From: a virus
Taxonomy: Duplodnaviria; Caudoviricetes
Virus record (IMG/VR): IMGVR_UViG_3300011443_000050
Span: 1-25,644 of that record
Strand: one strand, 5' to 3'
Length of the DNA: 25,644 nucleotides
Program-made: the position numbers and the translations under genes
Part shown: positions 15,973 through 23,533 of the stretch, piece after piece
How positions within the stretch are numbered: position 1 is the first letter of the stretch
Layout of the letters: each line of letters opens with the position of its first letter
The notes under the pieces: generated by a model
What the model was told of the DNA's origin: nothing
The model's input: only the letters and a program-made list of their open reading frames with translations
The model's database searches: none

Positions 15973-16091
15973 GTCGCGGCGATCGACCGCGGCGGGGCAG
16001 GGCCGGCCCAACTTTTAAAATTGTCACTATCATTTTCCGACCTATAAGGTTTTCATTTTCAAATTAAAATTGGAAATCCGAAATTGGGCTA

Positions 16092-16120
16092 TTGACCGGC
16101 CCCAGCGTTTGTTGCATAAT
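16092..16120 (+). promoter_or_regulatory. Sigma70-type promoter with an AT-rich upstream element
   Basis: TTGACC-N17-CATAAT preceded by an AT-rich tract (about 16010-16085). Confidence 0.75.
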
Positions 16121-16157
16121 GCGTTTGTCGTACAACCCACCCACACAGGAGAGCAGC

Positions 16158-16475
16158 ATGAGCAACCGTCTACCCGCAGCAACACCCGTCATCGGCATGG
16201 GTGCCACCATCCAAGGCTACACCGACCGGCACGCAGCGACTATCGTCGCGGTGCTGGGCAAAGTAATTTCGGTGCGCCGTGATATCGCCCGGCGCATCGA
16301 TGCCAACGGCATGAGCAACGCGCAGTCGTACAGCTACGCGCCGGATCCCAACGCGCCGGTCGAGAAGTTCAGCCTGCGCAGCAACGGCACCTACATCAAG
16401 GTCGGCCGCAAGATGGGGCAGGGCACCATCCTGTGGGTCGGTCACCGCGCCCACTACTACGATTTTTCATTCTGA
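16158..16475 (+). CDS. Conserved phage hypothetical protein
   Basis: AGGAG RBS; P.IGMGAT...TDRHA.TI...G.R..YYD.SF pattern. Confidence 0.85.
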   Translation: MSNRLPAATPVIGMGATIQGYTDRHAATIVAVLGKVISVRRDIARRIDANGMSNAQSYSYAPDPNAPVEKFSLRSNGTYIKVGRKMGQGTILWVGHRAHYYDFSF

Positions 16476-16485
16476 GGAGAGCAGC

Positions 16486-16992
16486 ATGAGCATCATCGCA
16501 CCCGTGCAACTATCGCCCGATCTACTGGCGCTGCAGAAGGCGGCCGACAAGGCCGCTGCCGACTACCGAGGCATTCGCCAAGGCAAGGACGCGTGGATCG
16601 CCAACCACGTCAACGAGATCAAGAAGCAGGCCGCGGCCATGTTCGACAACGACATGTCGGCAGCGTGGGACGCCGAGTACAAGGCCCGGCATGCTTACGA
16701 GCAGGCGCTGGTCAAGGCGCGCAACGCCGACACCGGCTGGCTGCCGGTGGGCACCAAGGTGGTCAAGGTCAGCAGCACCGGCTACTACGGTGGCCGCGCC
16801 GAGCGCCGCACCTACGGCGTGCTGGAGGTGTGGGGACCGGACTCGGTGTTCCCTGAGAATCACTCATCGTTCCGGCGCCCGAGCGCGGGCAAGCTGGTGG
16901 TGCGCCTGCTGCGTCAGGACGGCACCCAGAGCAAGACCTACGACGACGGCCTGTGGCACGGTGACCACGGCGGTTGGAAGGAGGCGGTATGA
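16486..16992 (+). CDS. Hypothetical protein
   Basis: AGGAG RBS, 168 aa, coding-like third-position bias. Confidence 0.8.
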   Translation: MSIIAPVQLSPDLLALQKAADKAAADYRGIRQGKDAWIANHVNEIKKQAAAMFDNDMSAAWDAEYKARHAYEQALVKARNADTGWLPVGTKVVKVSSTGYYGGRAERRTYGVLEVWGPDSVFPENHSSFRRPSAGKLVVRLLRQDGTQSKTYDDGLWHGDHGGWKEAV

Positions 16993-17387
16993 CCGATCTC
17001 GCCACACTACAGGCAACACTGATCCACCTGCACGCGATGGATGAGGAGCGCAAGCGCCTCGACGCGCGCATCGCCAAGCTCAAGACCGACATGCGCCTCG
17101 CCGAGGTCAGCGCGCTGGTGATCATGCAGGAACTGGGGCTGGATGCGCTGTCGCACGCCGGACTGCTCGCCAAGCGCAAGAACGTCGTGCATTTCAAGCC
17201 GGTCAGCGGAGATGGCTGGGACCGCATCTACGCCCGCATCCTGCGCACGCAGGAGTGGGAGTTGATCCAGAAGCGGCTGTCGAGCACCGCGGTGCGCGAG
17301 CGGTTCAAGGCCGGCGACGTGATCGATGGCATCGAGCAGGTCGAGGTGCCCGAGTTGGACGTCACGCTGGTGGGAGGCGATCGATGA
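16989..17387 (+). CDS. Coiled-coil phage protein of a type found with replication genes
   Basis: GGAGG RBS and ATGA overlap; N-terminal coiled coil followed by W..IY..I......LIQKRLS..AV.E. Confidence 0.75.
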   Translation: MTDLATLQATLIHLHAMDEERKRLDARIAKLKTDMRLAEVSALVIMQELGLDALSHAGLLAKRKNVVHFKPVSGDGWDRIYARILRTQEWELIQKRLSSTAVRERFKAGDVIDGIEQVEVPELDVTLVGGDR

Positions 17388-17680
17388 GCAAGATCCTGCA
17401 CCCGTGGTCGGTCGAGCCGATGTCGGTGAACCACGCCTATCAGGTGGTGGTGCGCGAGGGTGAGCAGTCGCGCATCGTTGCCCAGCGGCTGCGCAAGGCC
17501 GACGCCGATCGCATCGTGCTGCGCGTCAACGGCCACGCCGACGTGATGGCACGGGCCTGCCACGCCGAGGCGCGCGTGCGCGAACTGGAGGAGGTCATCC
17601 GGCGCCTGCGCGCGTACATCCGCGACAACGAGGTGCGTACGCTGCGCGGCATTCCGCTGATCCAGCAGGAGGCGATATGA
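17384..17680 (+). CDS. Hypothetical protein
   Basis: GGAGG RBS; ATGA overlaps at both ends. Confidence 0.75.
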   Translation: MSKILHPWSVEPMSVNHAYQVVVREGEQSRIVAQRLRKADADRIVLRVNGHADVMARACHAEARVRELEEVIRRLRAYIRDNEVRTLRGIPLIQQEAI

Positions 17681-17784
17681 CCGCCGCTTGGGAGATTCTG
17701 GTGCTGCTGCTGTGCGCGTACGCGGCGGTGATCGGCGTGACCATCGGCATGGACCTCTGGCGCTGGTTCTGGAGCGATGAATGA
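17677..17784 (+). CDS. 35-aa single-pass membrane peptide
   Basis: MTAAWEILVLLLCAYAAVIGVTIGMDLWRWFWSDE; AGGAGG RBS; ATGA overlaps on both sides. Confidence 0.7.
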   Translation: MTAAWEILVLLLCAYAAVIGVTIGMDLWRWFWSDE

Positions 17785-17996
17785 ACGTGCGCAGGCTGGA
17801 CCCGCTGCTGCAGCCACTGGTGACGCTCGCGCTCGACGCGGGCGCCCAGTGGCGCGCGAGCGGCAAACACTACGTCCTGTGCCTACCCTCCGGCCGGCGC
17901 ATCACCTACGCCCGCACCTGCGGCGGGGGCCGCGGGGTGTGGAACGCGGTGGCCCTGACCAAGCGCCTGCTGCGCGAGGAGGGCATCGTCCGCTGA
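17781..17996 (+). CDS. Small basic HicA-like protein
   Basis: 71 aa with a predicted alpha-beta-beta-beta-alpha pattern and SGKH; GGAG RBS. Confidence 0.5.
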   Translation: MNVRRLDPLLQPLVTLALDAGAQWRASGKHYVLCLPSGRRITYARTCGGGRGVWNAVALTKRLLREEGIVR

Positions 17997-18018
17997 TCCC
18001 AGCCGACGAACGGTCATG

Positions 18019-18045
18019 GCACCTTGTTGCTTAAGGTGCTATGAT
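18019..18045 (+). promoter_or_regulatory. Putative promoter TTGTTGCTTAA-N5-TATGAT (extended -10)
   Basis: TGnTATGAT at 18037-18045; the box sits inside a GCACCTT/AAGGTGC inverted repeat. Confidence 0.7.
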
Positions 18046-18083
18046 CCGTTCTGTCGTAACCAACAACCCAACCAAGGAATCAA

Positions 18084-18251
18084 ATGAGCGCCCTCTGGAA
18101 CGAAGACCGCGTCGATTACGAGCGTCTAGACTACGCCCGCGACAATCGCCTGTGCCCGAAGTGCCTGTCGCCCGAGTGGCAGGAGATGCGCGACGCCGAC
18201 GGCTGGCTGCACCACCACTGCGCCGACTGCGACCACATGGAGGCGGTGTGA
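18084..18251 (+). CDS. Small zinc-ribbon protein (55 aa)
   Basis: AAGGA RBS; CPKC...CADC; absent from the ORF track. Confidence 0.75.
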   Translation: MSALWNEDRVDYERLDYARDNRLCPKCLSPEWQEMRDADGWLHHHCADCDHMEAV

Positions 18252-18460
18252 AGGTCCGCTTCGCGGTGATCTGCGACCACTGCCACACCCGCGGCCCCGA
18301 GTACGGGGCGATGTGGGTGTGCCGCGGTGACTGCTGCGACGACGTGTGCCCGGCCTGCGCGGTCGAGGGATCGTGCGATGATGAGTCCGGCACGCTGCTG
18401 TGCAAACGCTGCGCCGAGGCCGGCGCCGCCGTCCCGATGCCCGAGGAGGAGTCAGCTTGA
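18248..18460 (+). CDS. Cys-rich zinc-binding protein (70 aa)
   Basis: GGAGG RBS, GTG start overlapping the upstream stop; CDHC, CPAC and CKRC. Confidence 0.7.
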   Translation: MKVRFAVICDHCHTRGPEYGAMWVCRGDCCDDVCPACAVEGSCDDESGTLLCKRCAEAGAAVPMPEEESA

Positions 18461-18822
18461 GGAACAAGTCGTCACACCTGCGCGTTGCCCTCCGGCAGCG
18501 CGCAGCCGTTGCGCCCGTCGAGCAGTCCACGACGCTGGCGGCAATGTCGAACCAACTCCGCAGCAACCCCTCCTCGGCCAGCATCAAGCTGGCCGAGGCG
18601 CTGCTGGGGATCTCCGACGTGCCCGACGAAACGTGGCACGGGCCGCTGCCCGGCTTCGGCACCGGCAAGGACGCGCTGGCCGCCGCCATCGATCGCCTGT
18701 CGCCGGAATGGGAGATGACCGACCTGCACAAGCTGGTCGCGCTGCGCCGGGTGGCGTGGGCGGCCAGCCAGTTGGCGCGGGTCATCGAAAAAAAGCTGGA
18801 CACCGCCGGCAGAACGGAATAA
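18457..18822 (+). CDS. Hypothetical helical protein
   Basis: GGAGGAG RBS and a TTG start overlapping the upstream stop; start uncertain. Confidence 0.7.
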   Translation: MRNKSSHLRVALRQRAAVAPVEQSTTLAAMSNQLRSNPSSASIKLAEALLGISDVPDETWHGPLPGFGTGKDALAAAIDRLSPEWEMTDLHKLVALRRVAWAASQLARVIEKKLDTAGRTE

Positions 18823-18878
18823 CGTAGCACCGCCCCTCACCCGAGGGTCATTTGTCGCTTTTACTTAAGGAGCTTTTG

Positions 18879-19670
18879 ATGGCTAAGAAGGGCACCAACG
18901 GGACCGAAATCGTCGTCCCCCAGCAGGGCACGTCGCTCGCGCTGCCCGACGACCTGATCGGCGCACTGGCAGGTTACGCCAAGGCCGCCACCGAGGTGGA
19001 AACCGTGCCGGGGCAATTCTTCGGCACCAAGGGTGGCATCCTCACCTTCGGCGGGCAGGTGCTGCCGGGGGCCGACGTGATCGTGCTGCGGGCGATGTTT
19101 GAGCGCACGTTCTACCCGAGCGCGTACAACCCCGACCTGATCGAGTCGCCGCGCTGCTTCGGCTTCTCGCACACCGGGTACGAGGACATGCTGCCGCACG
19201 ACAACGCGACCGAGAAGCAGGCCGAGTCGTGCGCGGAGTGCAGGCACAACCAGTGGACGCTGGACCCGCGCGACAACAAGCGCCGCATCCCGTGCAAGAT
19301 GATCCGCCGCCTGTCGTGCATCCCGATGGCAGCGGCCGACGACGCGGCGAAGGCAGCCACGCTGACCGGCGGTTACTTGCGGGTGCCGGTGACCAGCACC
19401 AAGCACTGGGCGGCGTACACGCACATGCTGGCGACGCAGGGCAAGCCGCCGTTCGCCGTCGTGACGCACATCGCGCTGCTGCCGGACCCACGCAATCAGG
19501 TGCGCTACGAGTTCACCAAGGTGCGTGACGTCACCGACGCCGCGGCGCTGCGCGAGTTGATGAAGCGGTACGAGGCCGAGGAGCAGGTGATGGCGTTCCC
19601 GTACGAGAAGACCATCCCGATCGTGCCGGCAGCCGGCGCCGCGCCGCCGCAGGAAGCAAGGAAGTTCTGA
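18879..19670 (+). CDS. Putative ssDNA-binding/recombination protein with Zn-binding cysteines
   Basis: AAGGAG RBS; Y..YNP....P.CF, PH....Q..C..C..N.W, C...RRL and L.VPVTS.K.W motifs; lies upstream of the polymerase. Confidence 0.55.
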   Translation: MAKKGTNGTEIVVPQQGTSLALPDDLIGALAGYAKAATEVETVPGQFFGTKGGILTFGGQVLPGADVIVLRAMFERTFYPSAYNPDLIESPRCFGFSHTGYEDMLPHDNATEKQAESCAECRHNQWTLDPRDNKRRIPCKMIRRLSCIPMAAADDAAKAATLTGGYLRVPVTSTKHWAAYTHMLATQGKPPFAVVTHIALLPDPRNQVRYEFTKVRDVTDAAALRELMKRYEAEEQVMAFPYEKTIPIVPAAGAAPPQEARKF

Positions 19671-19993
19671 TGGGCCAACTGGAACCGCTGGAGCACACCG
19701 CCGCCGGGCTGGAGGGCACGCCCCCCTGCCCGGTGTGCGTGCTGATGCAGAAGTCTGTGCTGGGGGCCAGCAAGTCGCTGGACGAGGCGCTGTTGCGCCT
19801 GCGGGCCGAGGACGTTGGCTCGATGATGGCGCTGCTGGTGACCACCATGATGGAAACGCTGCCGACGCAGGATGCGCGCAACGCGTTCCTCGACGCCTTC
19901 GCGCATCAGGTGACCGAGTTGACACAGGGTGACGTCGCCATGCTGTCGGTGCCGATCCCTGCCGATGCACCAACCAAAGGAGAAATTAATTGA
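19670..19993 (+). CDS. Hypothetical protein
   Basis: TGATG coupling to the upstream gene; CPVC motif. Confidence 0.7.
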   Translation: MGQLEPLEHTAAGLEGTPPCPVCVLMQKSVLGASKSLDEALLRLRAEDVGSMMALLVTTMMETLPTQDARNAFLDAFAHQVTELTQGDVAMLSVPIPADAPTKGEIN

Positions 19994-20358
19994 AGACGAA
20001 AGTGATGCAGGAAGTCGAGAACGCCATCGTCGAGCAGACGCTGGACGCACTGGCGACCGTCGATGTGACGCCGCTGCAGCGGGTGGATCTGGCGGGTGCT
20101 CTGGCGCGCGGCCTGATCGACGCGCTGGGGCCGTACTTCTCGACGGCGCCGGCTGCACAGCCCGTCGCGCCGCCGAAGCGCGTACGCGGCCCGCGCCCGC
20201 CGCGGCCCAGCGCCAAGCAGAAGGCAGCGGCGATCGCCGCGGCGATGACGCCGCCGCTGGTGCCGCAGGCGCCCGTGCTGGCACCGCCGATCGACCTGCA
20301 GCCGGCACCGCCGAAGTTCAGCGGCCCGCCGCCGGCCGCGTCACCGTTCGCGGGCTGA
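19990..20358 (+). CDS. Hypothetical protein with a Pro-rich C-terminus
   Basis: AAAGGAG RBS and TTG start. Confidence 0.7.
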   Translation: MKTKVMQEVENAIVEQTLDALATVDVTPLQRVDLAGALARGLIDALGPYFSTAPAAQPVAPPKRVRGPRPPRPSAKQKAAAIAAAMTPPLVPQAPVLAPPIDLQPAPPKFSGPPPAASPFAG

Positions 20359-20360
20359 TC

Positions 20361-20552
20361 ATGGCGTACACACGCAAGGCTGGCATCCGCGCCAATCAGC
20401 TTGCGTCCACGTTGACGATCGGCGAGGTCACTGCGTTGACCTTGCTGTTCGCCTATGTGATGACGCGCAAGCCCGCCGACACGCTGCCGATGCTGCTCGT
20501 TGAAATGGTGGCGGCGCGCGAGGCACTGCTCAACAACCTCAACCCGCCGTAA
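20361..20552 (+). CDS. Small hypothetical protein (63 aa)
   Basis: ATG 2 nt after the upstream stop; TAATG coupling to the next gene. Confidence 0.6.
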   Translation: MAYTRKAGIRANQLASTLTIGEVTALTLLFAYVMTRKPADTLPMLLVEMVAAREALLNNLNPP

Positions 20553-20647
20553 TGGACTCGTTCGCGCTGTTGACCGTGATCGCAGTGATCATCCTCGTCG
20601 CCGGGATAGCGGCGGGGGTGATCCTTTATTTTCAGATGAAGAAATGA
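20552..20647 (+). CDS. 31-aa single-pass membrane peptide
   Basis: MDSFALLTVIAVIILVAGIAAGVILYFQMKK; fills the gap exactly with TAATG and ATGA overlaps. Confidence 0.65.
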   Translation: MDSFALLTVIAVIILVAGIAAGVILYFQMKK

Positions 20648-22560
20648 ATATAACAACACTCGATTTCGAGACACGCCCGATCGGCCCGCGGCCACTGGAC
20701 TACCCGCCGCGCCCGGTCGGGCTTGCTATTCGCTGGCCGGGCGGCATCACCGAGTACCTCGCGTGGGGCCACCCCGACGGCAACAACGCCACCGAGGAGG
20801 AAGCCAAGCGCGCGTGGGTGAAAGCGTGCGAGGGTCAGGTGCTGTTCCACAATGCTGCCTTCGACATCGAGGTCGCGACCAAGTGGTGGGGCATGCCGTG
20901 GCCGCGGCGCTGGGACGACACGCTGTTCATGCTGTTCCTCTCCGACCCGTACGCGCCCAACTTCTCGCTGAAGCCCAGCGCCGAGCGCATCCTCGGCGCC
21001 GATTGGAAGCCCGAGGAGCAGGACGCGGTGCGCGATTGGATTCTCGCCAACGTCGGCAGCGCGACCAAGAAGAACTTCGGCGCGTACATCTCGCTGGCCC
21101 CGGTGTCGCTGGTGGGGCCGTACGCGATCGGTGACGTCGAGCGCACCTTCGCGCTGTACCAGCACCTGCACCCGACCATCATGGAGCACCAGCCCGAGCC
21201 GTACCAGCGCGAGTTGCGCCTGTGCCCGCATCTGGTGGTCGCCGAGAAGCGCGGCGTGCGCGTGGATCAGCGCCTGCTGGAGCAGTGGCACGACGAGTTG
21301 AGTCCGGCCGTCGAGCGGTGCGACTCACTGATCGCCTCCCGGCTGGGCGTGGACTCGCTCAACGTGGACGCCAACGAGGAGTTGATCACGGCGCTCGACC
21401 GGGCCGGCGTGATGGCGGCGTGGGAGTACACCGACGGCACCGTGGTCGGCGGCACTGAGAAGGAGCCGACGCCGAATCCGTTTGGAGATCCCGACCTTGC
21501 GCCGCAGAACCCCGGCCAGCGCAGCGTCAGCAAGGGCGCCCTGCGCCGCTGGTGCCGCGACACCGAGTTGGTGGACCTGCTGGAGTATCGCAACGTCGCT
21601 GCCACCATGCAGCGCACCTTCATCGAACCGTGGATGCTGCTGTCGCAGGCCGACGGGCGACTCCATACGAAATGGCATCAGGTGCGCGGGCAGGAGTTGA
21701 ACGGCACCCGCACCGGGCGCATTGCCAGCAGCGACCCCAATCTCGCCAACGTGGTCAACACGCAGGGCGTGAAGCCGCCGCTGGGCTGCCCATTCCTGCC
21801 GTCGCTGCGCGCAGCACTGTTGCCCGAGGAGGGGCATGTGTGGGTGTCGCTCGACTACTCGCAGCAGGAACTGCGCTGGGCCGCCCACTACGAGGACGGC
21901 CAGATGATGCAGGCGTACATCGACAACCCGAAGCTGGATCTGCACCAGCATGCATCCGACCTGATCCTGCGCTACCTCGGGCTGGCGGTGACGCGCAAGC
22001 AGACCAAGACGGTGGCGTTCGCCACCATCTACGGCGCCGGGGTGCCGGGCCTCGCCAAGCAACTGGACTGCGCCGAGCAGGAAGCGTACGGCGTGCGCGA
22101 GGCGTACTACACCGCGGTGCCGGGACTCAAGACGCTCGCCAACCGGGTCAAGGAGAAGGCGCGCATTCAAGGCTTCGTCCGCTCTGCCGGCGGGCGCGTG
22201 ATAAAGACCGAGCCGCCGAAGATCGTCAAGGGCCGCTACCGCATCAACGACTACAAGCTGCTGAACCACCTGATCCAAGGCACCGCTGCCGAGCAGACCA
22301 AGCAGGCGATCGTGGACTTCAGCATGATGGCGACGTCGGGGATGTTGACGACGACGGTGTACGACGAGATCAACATCAGCGTGCCGCGCGACGAGTTGAT
22401 GAAGGTCACCAACGCGCTGGCGTCGTGCATGATCAACGCGCTGCCGTGCGACGTGCAGCATCTGGTGGACGTGGAAGTCGGGAAGTCATGGGGATCGCTG
22501 GTGGACGTGCCGCCGGGTTCCACGGTGAAGCACATTCTGGAAAAGGTGGACGCGCAATGA
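20644..22560 (+). CDS. polA: Family A DNA polymerase with a 3'-5' exonuclease domain
   Basis: Exonuclease motifs DFET, HNAAFD and YAIGD; TRTGRIASSDPN; motif A DYSQQELR; motif B RKQTKTVAFATIYG; motif C VYDEI. Confidence 0.95.
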   Translation: MNITTLDFETRPIGPRPLDYPPRPVGLAIRWPGGITEYLAWGHPDGNNATEEEAKRAWVKACEGQVLFHNAAFDIEVATKWWGMPWPRRWDDTLFMLFLSDPYAPNFSLKPSAERILGADWKPEEQDAVRDWILANVGSATKKNFGAYISLAPVSLVGPYAIGDVERTFALYQHLHPTIMEHQPEPYQRELRLCPHLVVAEKRGVRVDQRLLEQWHDELSPAVERCDSLIASRLGVDSLNVDANEELITALDRAGVMAAWEYTDGTVVGGTEKEPTPNPFGDPDLAPQNPGQRSVSKGALRRWCRDTELVDLLEYRNVAATMQRTFIEPWMLLSQADGRLHTKWHQVRGQELNGTRTGRIASSDPNLANVVNTQGVKPPLGCPFLPSLRAALLPEEGHVWVSLDYSQQELRWAAHYEDGQMMQAYIDNPKLDLHQHASDLILRYLGLAVTRKQTKTVAFATIYGAGVPGLAKQLDCAEQEAYGVREAYYTAVPGLKTLANRVKEKARIQGFVRSAGGRVIKTEPPKIVKGRYRINDYKLLNHLIQGTAAEQTKQAIVDFSMMATSGMLTTTVYDEINISVPRDELMKVTNALASCMINALPCDVQHLVDVEVGKSWGSLVDVPPGSTVKHILEKVDAQ

Positions 22561-22838
22561 CTAACCGAACGATTAGCCGTAGAGACACCGGGATGAGTCT
22601 TTCGCCTAACGATTGCAACTGCGGATGGTGTGAAGGGTGCAACTACCGCGCGGGGTGGGACGACGCTATACGCATTGTTGGCGCGCACACCACAAAGCTA
22701 GAGGAATGCGCTGCCGTACTGCGGGCTTGGCTGCCGAGATTGCCGCACCTTGATTGGTGTCCCGGTGGTGACGCCTGCGTGTGCATAAAGGCCAGCGCCG
22801 AGCAAGCCCTAGCCACACTCGACAAGGAGCAGACGTGA
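22557..22838 (+). CDS. Cys-rich hypothetical protein with atypical codon usage
   Basis: 4-nt overlaps at both ends; CNCGWCEGC and C....C.C; many A/T-ending codons. Confidence 0.65.
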   Translation: MTNRTISRRDTGMSLSPNDCNCGWCEGCNYRAGWDDAIRIVGAHTTKLEECAAVLRAWLPRLPHLDWCPGGDACVCIKASAEQALATLDKEQT

Positions 22839-23533
22839 ACGACGTTGCAGTGGTGGAGTACCCGAAGCAGAAGGCATGGTCGATCAGCGCGGTGCGCTCG
22901 CACGCCACCTGCCCGCAGAAGTTCAAGTTCATCCGCATCGACCGGCTGCCGGAGCCGCCGTCGCCGGTTCTGGAGCGCGGCAAGATGATCCACGCCGGGT
23001 TTGCCGAGTATCTGCTGAACGGATGCTGGTCGCCGGACGCAACGCCGTTCCCGCTGTGGGAGTCGGTGCTGGATGACTTGCGTGAACGCGGCGCGCTGCC
23101 GGAGAAGCAGATCGCGTTCACCGAGGAGTGGCTGGAGTGCGAGTGGTACGCGCCCGACGTGCGGGCGCGGTTCATCTTCGACGCCATCATCCCGCCGTCC
23201 GACGCCAACGACTTCACCGTCATCGTGCGCGATTGGAAGAGCGGCAAGAAGTACGACACGCACATCTTCGACGCGCGCATGTACGCGCTCGCCGCGCTGA
23301 AGATGTTCCCGGCGGCGGAGCGCGCGCACGTCGCGTTCCTGTACGTTGATCGGGCGCCAGCGGACGGCGTCATTTACGCCTGCGAGCGCCGGGTGATGCC
23401 AGAGTTGGAACGAGAGGCGGATTTGTTCAACCATGAATTCCTCAACGACACCTTATATCCGGCTCGTCCCGGAACCCACTGCAGGTGGTGCTATCAAGCC
23501 AAAAGCGCGGGCGGCCGCTGCACCTTCGGATGA
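22835..23533 (+). CDS. Cas4/AddB-like PD-(D/E)XK exonuclease
   Basis: WS.S.....CP, RG..IH, D...DWKSGK, MYAL, and C-terminal CRWC...C (Fe-S staple pattern); AAGGAG RBS. Confidence 0.88.
   Translation: MNDVAVVEYPKQKAWSISAVRSHATCPQKFKFIRIDRLPEPPSPVLERGKMIHAGFAEYLLNGCWSPDATPFPLWESVLDDLRERGALPEKQIAFTEEWLECEWYAPDVRARFIFDAIIPPSDANDFTVIVRDWKSGKKYDTHIFDARMYALAALKMFPAAERAHVAFLYVDRAPADGVIYACERRVMPELEREADLFNHEFLNDTLYPARPGTHCRWCYQAKSAGGRCTFG

Noticed and set aside
12260-16000. Apparent enrichment of CCGCGG in the bracketed module
   Set aside because: The motif is also frequent elsewhere in this GC-rich window, and the excess is not convincing without a computed count.
20644-22560. Polymerase as DpoZ of a 2-aminoadenine genome
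   Set aside because: No purZ-, datZ- or mazZ-like gene is seen in the window, and avoidance of A-containing restriction sites argues for ordinary DNA. It cannot be fully excluded without the rest of the genome.
22835-23533. Cas4-like gene as part of a CRISPR-Cas system
   Set aside because: No other cas genes or array are present. It sits in the replication block, as stand-alone phage exonucleases do.
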